A stretch of 64,000 nt of DNA from Octopus vulgaris. Lineage: Eukaryota. This document shows, piece by piece, positions 54,626 to 64,000 of this stretch. The translations under genes were made by a program, and so were the position numbers. Position 1 is the first letter of the stretch. Each line of letters opens with the position of its first letter. The DNA is taken from contig OX597823.1 of assembly GCA_951406725.2 (NCBI GenBank), positions 107,384,001-107,448,000 on the forward strand, in the 5' to 3' direction. A model generated the notes under the pieces. It was not told the DNA's origin and ran no database searches. It worked only from the letters and a program-made list of their open reading frames with translations.

Positions 54626-55560
54626 CTAGACTACCCGTAACCCATTAGGTCACTGGGAAAGTTTTTTTTCCATGTTATTTCGCATGCTTTTAACGAATGT
54701 TACGTCGAAATCGTTGATTCAATTCCTAGACTGGGTGATACGTTGTATTCTTGAGCAAAACAGTTCGCCTGACGTTACTCTGCGATCATTTCGACGCCTG
54801 ACACGTTGTACACGATACACCTGTTCGGGCAACGTCGATTTGATGGAGTGAGTGAGCCAATATATACATTTGACCTCTATAAACAAATCATTTGTGCAGG
54901 TTGTTCGAAAAAAAAACTGAACACTCATACGTTGTTTTCGACAGGAGAGCCCATATGTATATACATACATGTATATATGTATGCGATCACTAGTAATATT
55001 TTTAACAGAGAAGGTGTTTCTCTGTATATCCTGTTACGCATGCCCAGTGTTACACATTAGCCGCTTATAGCGTTTTCCAGACCGGAGTACATGTTTGTGC
55101 GCATGCCCGAAGACAAAAATTACCGTCAATGCTATTTGAAAATTTTACTTGGCGTATCAATCTTGCGATCTATTCATACAATTTGATTTGCTTTTGTGAT
55201 ATAAGACATCTAGAAATATTTATTGCATAGTATTTACTCTATATCGGATATTACGAATATGCAAAAAATGACACCTTTTCAAATTTCACCCCCTCCCAGT
55301 TTAAAATTTTGATTTTGTTTACCTTAAAGAGATCGTAACGAATTGACGAACATATGCAAATTGAAATCAAATAAAGACAAACGCATTTTACTTGTGTTTG
55401 CCTTCAATAAACTTAAATAATAATTAAATGTAAATTAAATATACGCCATTTTATGAGAAACAAACATTAATATGTTTAATAATTACTGTTATAAAGTTTA
55501 ATAAAGGGCTCAAATTTCACCCACTCACCCCATTTTTAATTTTGAACTTTTTCATCCATT
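54626..55560 (-). mobile_element. Possible Helitron-like element (3' end at 54626; extent uncertain)
   Basis: Minus strand ends with hairpin acctaatgggt...CTAG|T. Confidence 0.35.
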
Positions 55561-56461
55561 TATTTATATGTCTGTCTATTTATCTCTATCCGTTTATTCA
55601 TATCTATCTATGCTTCAGAACGAGGTGTTAGTCGAGTCGCTTAGGCGTAGCAATACTAATAACTAATTCTTAGAACACAATATACTTGTGCTTTAATGTG
55701 AAGCATCATGAAAGTACAGAGCGAAATATCAGTGAATGAATGACACAAACACAAGCACTCAGCACTGAATACGATGCTTCTTAAAGCAGAGACGGCTCTA
55801 AGCTAATGTTCTTCTGACATTCATTAACTCATATATATACATGTGTGTGTATGTGTCTTTGTGTGTATGTGTGTGTGTCTTTGTGTGTGTGTGTGTGTGT
55901 GTCTGAGTGTGTATTTGAACGGTAAACAAAAGTAAACAACAATAATTGTTTTTCTATACTTTTTACAGAATTATATGTGCATAGTTTGCATCGAGCGAGA
56001 TAAATATCAACTTGTTTTATTTACTGTCAATGGCGATATTTTGAGGAAATTGATAGGAAGTGGCGGGGCATAAGTCGGTATAAAACATCTGCTGGGTAAC
56101 AATATCTTTTGTAATTACTGGTAAATACATATAAGGAAATGAATAATACATGGGTGCGAATATTATTTTGAAGCATATATGCATGTGCCCATGTATGTTT
56201 ACGTATACATAAGAATTATATACACACAGACACACGCGCGTCGCGTGTATTCAGGCACAGGCATGTAGACACAACCACACACACACACGCGCACACACAT
56301 ATACACACATACACACATACACGCACACACATACACACACATGTGCACGTATACACTTATTCCAAAATATTGAGCATGATTTAGGAAGCGAGTTTGTATA
56401 CATTCTCTCTCTCCACTTTCTCTCTTTTACTTGGCATACTCTCTGTCAATCTGTCTGTCTA

Positions 56462-56494
<33 letters not shown>

Positions 56495-57470
56495 ATCTAT
56501 CTCTCTCTCACTCACTCACATACACACACACATATGTAGATATTGAGCGTCATGCAGTATTAGGTGTATTTTGATATATGCGAATATATACAAAGCATGG
56601 ATTCACAATTTGTGAGCACATATATGAATTGTTTGTATATATTTATGTATGTATGTATGTATGTATGTATGTATGTATGTATGTATGTATGTATGTATGT
56701 ATGTATGTATGTATGTATGTATGTATGTACGTATGTATGTATGTATGTACGTATGTATGTACGTATGTACGTATGTATGTATGTATGCATGCATATATTT
56801 ATAACATGCTTGAAATATACGATCGATAAGGAGACAAAGGCCATTTTCTCATACCATTTCATTCCGCCGGCAATTTTAAGTGACATTGTAAAATTGTTCT
56901 TTTGAATCAAATGCAAATGTTCAATTCCTGAGGTGTTGCTATTTGTAAACAGAGACTAAAGCAATCTCTGCTTTCTGCCAAGGGGCATGAAGGTCACAAG
57001 CTGAGAAGTTTGTAGAGTTAGAATCAACGAGACTGATTCAACTTAATAAAGGCAGCAACCAAAACAGAAAGGATCGAAAACAAAATGTATATAAGTGAAA
57101 TGTTAGCAATGTTTTGCACGATCTTCTGAAAAATCATTTCCTTCGGATTTCATATTAATTATTTTTATTTTGCCTTTGATACATTTATTTTTGCTTCGAG
57201 ATAAACAAACAAGTACACACAGAGACAGACAGACACACACACACACACACACACGCGAACACACACGCACAGACACGCACACACACATGCACATTACATA
57301 TTTCAGAACGCTTCATTTCATACACATGCAGATTCATTCATCGACATCGTTTTCTTTTTTTCAGTATTCGATTATATTCTATAGAAGAGTGTATATGCAA
57401 ATACATACACTCTTCTATAGAGTGTATACACATATACAAATGCACATACACACATATAAACAGATACCAA

Positions 57471-57531
<61 letters not shown>

Positions 57532-57548
57532 GTCTGTTTATCTATCTA

Positions 57549-57590
<42 letters not shown>

Positions 57591-57632
57591 CATCCGTCTG
57601 TCCGTCTATCAGTCTGTCTGTCTGTCTATCTC

Positions 57633-57847
<215 letters not shown>

Positions 57848-59899
57848 GGTTAAACAATTTGAAAATATTAAATGTAACACCTTGGGTATGAAATACAAAA
57901 TATGTACATATGTATACATGCAAACGAGAGAAAGCAGAGTGGAGACTTTCAGGCGATGAATATTTAAGTATGAATATATAGATATTTGAATTATTAGATC
58001 CAGCTTACACAGAGTACAATCGACAGGGAAAATTAAAGGGGATGAAGTAAAGTGTTATAAACCCAACGGCTGTTTCTATGTTAGGAGAACTATAAGTTGT
58101 TGCAAGGCTGCTTCTAATTTTGGTAGATCTAGTTCTTCACAATAAGCAAGCTGTAGTGGAAGCAATCAGCGTTGGATAAATCAAGCTTCCGTCATAAGGG
58201 TAGAAAAGGTCTTACATTTCAGATTACAACGTAGAGAATTTCAAAGGTAGAATGATTAAATGTGGAGAGCCAGCAGTATTAGAGGGAGGAAGTTGGAGGG
58301 TCGGTGGAGTTATGGGGAGTGTTAAGACTGGGATTATTGAGAGGAAATAAGAGAGCTGGCTCAGAAAGAAGGAGGGGTTAATAATGAGGGTATTAAGAGA
58401 GGTGGTAGGTGGGGTTATGAGATGAGTGGGTGAGGTGGGATTGATAAAAATTGAAAGGTGGTCAGTTATTGTTGGGCTTGTGTATAGGTGTCAAAGTTTA
58501 AGGATAATAGCTATAAAAGTATTGGAAGTTGAGATATTGAGAAAAGGGATGGCAATTATTTATGGGAGGGAAAATGTCTAATTCCACGAAGGATGGAGAT
58601 TACTAAGGTATGTAGAAAGGTATGACAGAAGATAGAGTGAAGTGGAGAGAGGGACGTGGTGAGTCGGTGGTCCAGGTAGCAGTGGTTAAACTATAATGGT
58701 GGGTTAGTGCTATACATAGGTGTCTGTGTATGTGTGTGTGTATGTATATATATATATGCGCGCACGCACACATACACACACATATCTAAAACAGTTTGAT
58801 TCGGCTTCACGCGGTTTAGTTTCGTACTCTCCTTACAGAAATTTAGCCAAATGGATGGCTACCGAAAACTAGGCGTCATTGCACAATGTGGCTCACATGG
58901 TGTTCAAAATTACAAGTGAGATTGACATTCCAGTGACACCAGATGTATTAAAAAGGAGTATATCTCGGACCGCCTGGCTCTACAGGAAGCTGGTGGTACC
59001 TTGTTGTCATGCCAGATCTTGAAGGGACTTGCAGGGGAGAGTGTCTGTGTGTATACTAGATGTATGAGTATGTAGATGTAGGTATCTGATGCCTATGCGC
59101 CTGTATCTGCTATACATGAGTATGTGGTGTGATGCATGTATGTGGGGTGATGCGCGTATGTGTAAGCTAGCGTGTGGATAAGAGCTGATACCAGCAGCGT
59201 ATGTGCGTATTTGCTAGTGAATATGTATGTCTGGGTGGGGATGCGTATCAGCCACGTTTGGATATTCGCGTGCGCGAATGCGTGGGTGTATATGTCAGCT
59301 TTGAATATCAGCTGTGTGGGTGTTAGCTGTCTGTGTGTGTATGTGTGTGTGCGTACGTGCGCGCGCGAATACGTGTGCATTAGTACCCGGTGTATTTGTG
59401 TGTATGCGCGCATATGTTTAAGGTACATTTATGTGTTCGTGAGGATGATTGGTGAACGGGAGTATGTACATTTCTGTGTTTACCTGTGTTCATGGTTGTC
59501 TGGAAGAATGTATGCGAGCGTGTATTTTCAACTGGTGTGTACATGTGTTGTGTATATATGCATGCGTTTAGTATTTGTGTGCTCAAGCATAACAGATGTA
59601 TGCTAGAACAGCTACAACAGCGTTGCTGGTGGGGTTAGTGCATTTGACGTTGGAATGAAGTTTAGTGGTGTTAGGAGAAAAAGGTTTGGTTGTGTTTTCA
59701 TGATGGGGGGAGGAAAGAACACGTACGTGTGTGTGTGTGCGTGCGCGCACCTACGCATATAGAGACGGACGTGGGTGGTTACAGGGGATGCATACGGTCG
59801 GAAGATCAGCCTGAGGACTGCGAAAGATCGGTGGCTAGGAAGCGAATCTTTGGTTCTGAGGCAATGTTATGAGTCTTTGGTTGTGAGGGCAATGTTGAG

Positions 59900-60720
59900 G
59901 TTCAGTCAATGTAAGTATATCTGCGTGGTTTTAAGTTCACCAGGTGGGTTATTCAAGCTTCTGTGAATGTACAGTGTCCTCGTTGAGCTTCTTGTCAGAG
60001 TAGTACTTGCCCGCTTTCGAGGCTAGGATCACGTATAAGAAGTTGACGGTGATTGAGTTGGTGGTAACTGTCATGGACAGACCGAATTCTTTGAATGTTT
60101 TTATCAGGCCTTTCCTAAACTATGACGTGACCGTTCATCTGTGTAAGTATCTGCATTTTTAAGGTATCCAGTACGAATAAGCAACAGGATCGGCTTTCTC
60201 AGCCCTGTAGTAAATCCCCATAGAAACGTCGAACAGTGGATCGCCTTTTTTCACCCAGAAGGAATCGTCGTGACCCAAAACAGACTTTCTGATGTCATTC
60301 TGATATTGCGGTCGCTTATACTAGTGAATCACCTTGTGAAATCCAGGGCCTTCAAGAGTAGCGGTTTCATTATAGTAGGGGAGAAGACCGCAACATCAAA
60401 CTGTGTGAATCTGCTGGCTGGTTTATTCTCGATACCACGGAAGCAGTTAATCACAGCTGCGAATCAGCCCTGTGGTCCATTTAATATCTCAGTTGATGGT
60501 ATCAAGAATACGCTTAATGGCAATGCCTATACTACGTTTAAAACATTTGATCAGTCTACGTTGGGGGTTAGAGAGGAAATTAGGTTTGTAATCCTCATGT
60601 GTAATATGGAGGGACTAGGTGGCGTGGCGGTCCGCTCGATCCTATATAGTAAGAATGATATCGGTATCGATGTGGAAGTGTTAGTTTTCTTATATGTTTT
60701 GGTGATCGTGTTTGCGAGGA
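59900..60720 (-). pseudogene. Penelope-like element reverse transcriptase remnant
   Basis: Hand translation with stops and frameshifts: NPQRRLIK...IGIAIKRILDTIN...VINCFRGIENK...FTQFDVAVFSPTI...LLLKALDF...KKGDPLFDVSMG.Y..AE and RKGLIKTFKEFGLSMTV.TN..TVNFLYV.L....GKYY..KK.N, colinear with PLE RT motifs. A possible decayed GIY-YIG part lies at about 58850-59040. Confidence 0.8.
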
Positions 60721-60790
60721 GCCTTGCGTGTGTGGAATTGCTTGTTTCATAAATGTTCTTTGTTTTTTCTTATGTCTATGTTTGTATATG

Positions 60791-60822
<32 letters not shown>

Positions 60823-60888
60823 TGTATAAACACACATCTACATGTACATACATTTCTATCTATCTATCTATCTATCTATCAATCTATC

Positions 60889-60964
<76 letters not shown>

Positions 60965-61116
60965 CTCCACCGTCTGTGTTATCTTATTACATTAAAGGCA
61001 TACCAGCGAAAACGACGAGTTTCCTCGTTATATCCATTTTCTCATATATTTTCTCATATATATATATATATATATATATGTCTATATGTGTATGTATTAT
61101 GTATGTACATATGTAC

Positions 61117-61174
<58 letters not shown>

Positions 61175-61231
61175 CATTGGTATGTCCAAATTTAGCCAAA
61201 TGCGTTTTTTTTCAATATTTCATTTTGTTTG

Positions 61232-61289
<58 letters not shown>

Positions 61290-61392
61290 CATATATACAT
61301 GTATATACACATGTATATATATATATACACATGTATATATATATATATATACATATATACATGTATATACACATGCCTATATATATATACAC

Positions 61393-61466
<74 letters not shown>

Positions 61467-61671
61467 CACATTTATTTATGTACACATTTATAAATATATA
61501 CATATAGAGATACACATAAACACATGTGAATGCGCACTATGAACGCCTACACATACACACCTATAGGCATTACACACATAAATACATGTATATGTGTGTG
61601 TGTGCGTGCGTGTATGTGTGCATGCGAAATCTAAAAAACTTTCACATAAACAGTTCGAGAAAGAGAGGCAC

Positions 61672-61822
61672 AAGAGATAGTTTCCGTCTGCCAAATCCAC
61701 CCACAAGTTTTAGATCGGTCCAGGGCTATAGTGGAAGTCACTTGCCCAAGATACCACACAGTGGCATTGAACTTGAAACCACCTGGTTTGGAAGTAAACT
61801 TCGTACCGTACAGACATGCCTA
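61672..61822 (+). mobile_element. SINE family A, 5' fragment (element on minus strand), diverged
   Basis: agtttccgtctgccaaatccac...cacttgcccaagataccacacagtgg matches the plus-strand text of 41923-42060. Confidence 0.7.
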
Positions 61823-62544
61823 ATATATAATATATATATATATATATATATACACACATGTCTATATATAGCTATCTATTATGTGTATCTGTAGACATGT
61901 GTATATATGATTCCTTGACATTTTATGATCTCACAGTTCTTGCTGCGTCTATAACCGGCAAATATACACTCGTAGAAGTTTCAACTCATCAATTCACAGT
62001 TTGGTATAAATGTGCATTGTTGACTACCATTAAGTATCGGAATTGCATAATTTCTATACTGTGTAAAGATTACTCTTTAGATGCTCTGTTTCTATGTTCA
62101 AAGTACAGAGAGATTTATATTCATATTTTAATAATACACTAGAAGTGTTGCATAGTTTAAGTAATTTTAGTTCCTATACTTTAGCTACATTTTTGCTTTA
62201 TAATAGCATTGACAAAGTATTATAACTCATATTTAAATGAGAAGCAGAGCTGTTTACGCCAATGGCTGACTGCGTAATAGCTTCATTAAATATTTAGGTG
62301 ACAAGTAGTGAATTGGAACACAAAATGTAAATATAATGTAATGTTTCATTTACAAATTGTATTTTGTATTTGGTACAACATTTATAGTATATAATCGTTC
62401 TTGGTATTAAGATATATAAATGCTCACAATCGAATTATTAAAAATATTTAGAAATGTTTTATAACGTCCAATCAAATCACATAGTTATTGAAATACACAA
62501 ACACACCCGCATGTAGAAGGGCGTGATAGGTGGATATATACCGT

Positions 62545-62901
62545 GGCACTCCGTCGGTTACGACGATGAGGGTTCCAGTTGATCCGATCAACGGAACAGC
62601 CTGCTCGTGAAATTAACGTGCAAGTGGCTGAGCACTCCACAGACACGTGTACCTTAACGTAGTTCTCGGGGAGATTCAGCGTGACACAGAGTGACAAGGC
62701 TGGCCCCTTTGAAATACAGGTACAACAGAAACAGGAAGGAAGAATGAGAAAGTTGTGGTGAAAGAGTACAGCAGGGTTCGCCACCATCCCCTGCCAGAGT
62801 CTCGTGGACTTTTAGGTGGTTCCGCTCAATAAACACTCACAACGCCCGGTCTGGGAATCGAAACCGCGACTCCGCTGCCCTAATCATGGGCCTGCGCCTC
62901 C
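62545..62901 (-). mobile_element. SINE family C
   Basis: Colinear with 42681-43066. Confidence 0.9.
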
Positions 62902-62966
62902 AATGATGGATAGATGTAGATATACATATATGCGTGTATGCATCTATATATATATATATGTGTGTG

Positions 62967-63012
<46 letters not shown>

Positions 63013-63860
63013 GGCAGCTTTTACCACACTTTTGTTAATTGTCTTTGGTACTAATGTCGAGTATACATAGACATCTTTTCAGATCATTCCATTCTAGACT
63101 TATCGGAATATCGAAGAAATGGAGGAGAGGGCCGCACCAATAGTCGTCTGGTATCTATTTTCAGCTGAGTAGATTAGATGAAATTATATGCTTCGCTCAA
63201 GACACGACGCGCTGCCCGTCCCGTTGTCCAACGTATTATCGTGAGCGAAACATCATTATATGTTTATATATACGTCTGTATGTATGAACAGAAGAGTAGT
63301 ATTCCCAACAATGCATGTAGTGTGTGTTGAATTGTTATATGCTTTTAGGTGCCTCTATCCAATGATTTTTATGGTTGGCGATGAGGGGATTACACGGTCT
63401 TCAATTGAAGTTTTTTTCTCAAGATATTTTCTATGTCTGTACATACACAGACTATCCGCTTTTTTCTACTTTATGTATTGAAGCATTATATCGCAGGTTT
63501 TAATCCATTTCTGATGATGCAGTTTCAGCAATATTACAGCTTATAGAAATGCTAATTCCATTATTCTTCAGATTCCATGCATATTGATATAAGAAGTGGA
63601 AGTTAATGCTATTTCTAGGTGTAAGTGCTCTATTGTCCAATTTAGCTCTGCTGTGTATAACCACAAAGGATCATTTTATGTGGACATAAGTAGTAGTACT
63701 GCAACACTGTTGAGTGAAGGGATATCTCATGGTCTTCTATACGCATGCATGCATAAATATACGCACAAATACTTCTATATACCCATATGTATGTATGTTA
63801 TTTATGTGTGTGTGTGCGCGCGCGTGCGCGTATAAATAAATATATATATATATATATATA

Positions 63861-64000
63861 GGGGCGCCGCCCATCCAACTGGACGCCGCCCCCGGGCCAA
63901 TTCAGTAGCCTAGACTCGTTTGTGAACGACTGCAACGCGTTGGTAAACTGGTTTAACTTTAAAAAAAGACCTCTCCGAGACAACCTCACACAGGCTGAAT
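63861..64000 (+). mobile_element. 5'-truncated Penelope-like (Neptune-type) element starting directly after (TA)n and running off the window
   Basis: Open frame from 63862: GRRPSNWTPPPGQFSSLDSFVNDCNALVNWFNFKKRPLRDNLTQAE, resembling the S.WTPP.G...LD.F...NL...E region that precedes ADKG in PLE RTs. Confidence 0.65.

Noticed and set aside
60270-60752. 160-aa plus-strand ORF
   Set aside because: Antisense to the decayed PLE RT; no independent motif.

Overview
AT-rich, microsatellite-dense animal non-coding DNA. The SINE families and repeat landscape resemble octopus/cephalopod genomes (inference). No host protein-coding gene can be supported, and nearly all ORF-track entries are translations of (TA)n, (CA)n, (TATG)n or (TAG)n repeats. 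The window is a mosaic of three tRNA-derived SINE families, a CR1-type LINE 3' fragment, mariner/Tc1 relics, a pogo-like non-autonomous element with an intact 59-aa DNA-binding ORF, non-autonomous Helitrons, an ORF1-only non-LTR element inserted into a SINE, and three Penelope-like element (PLE) coding remnants (RT, GIY-YIG, N-terminal region). The main signal is a set of short non-coding elements, often palindromic and set in or beside (TA)n/(CA)n microsatellites. They carry minimal type I hammerhead ribozyme (HHR) motifs: seven with an intact core read by eye, plus several decayed ones. One palindromic double-HHR element (about 37455-37872) has a matching empty (TA)n site in an inverted duplication at about 41218-41234, which points to insertion into the microsatellite. 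All folds were assigned by eye; nothing was computed or database-searched.
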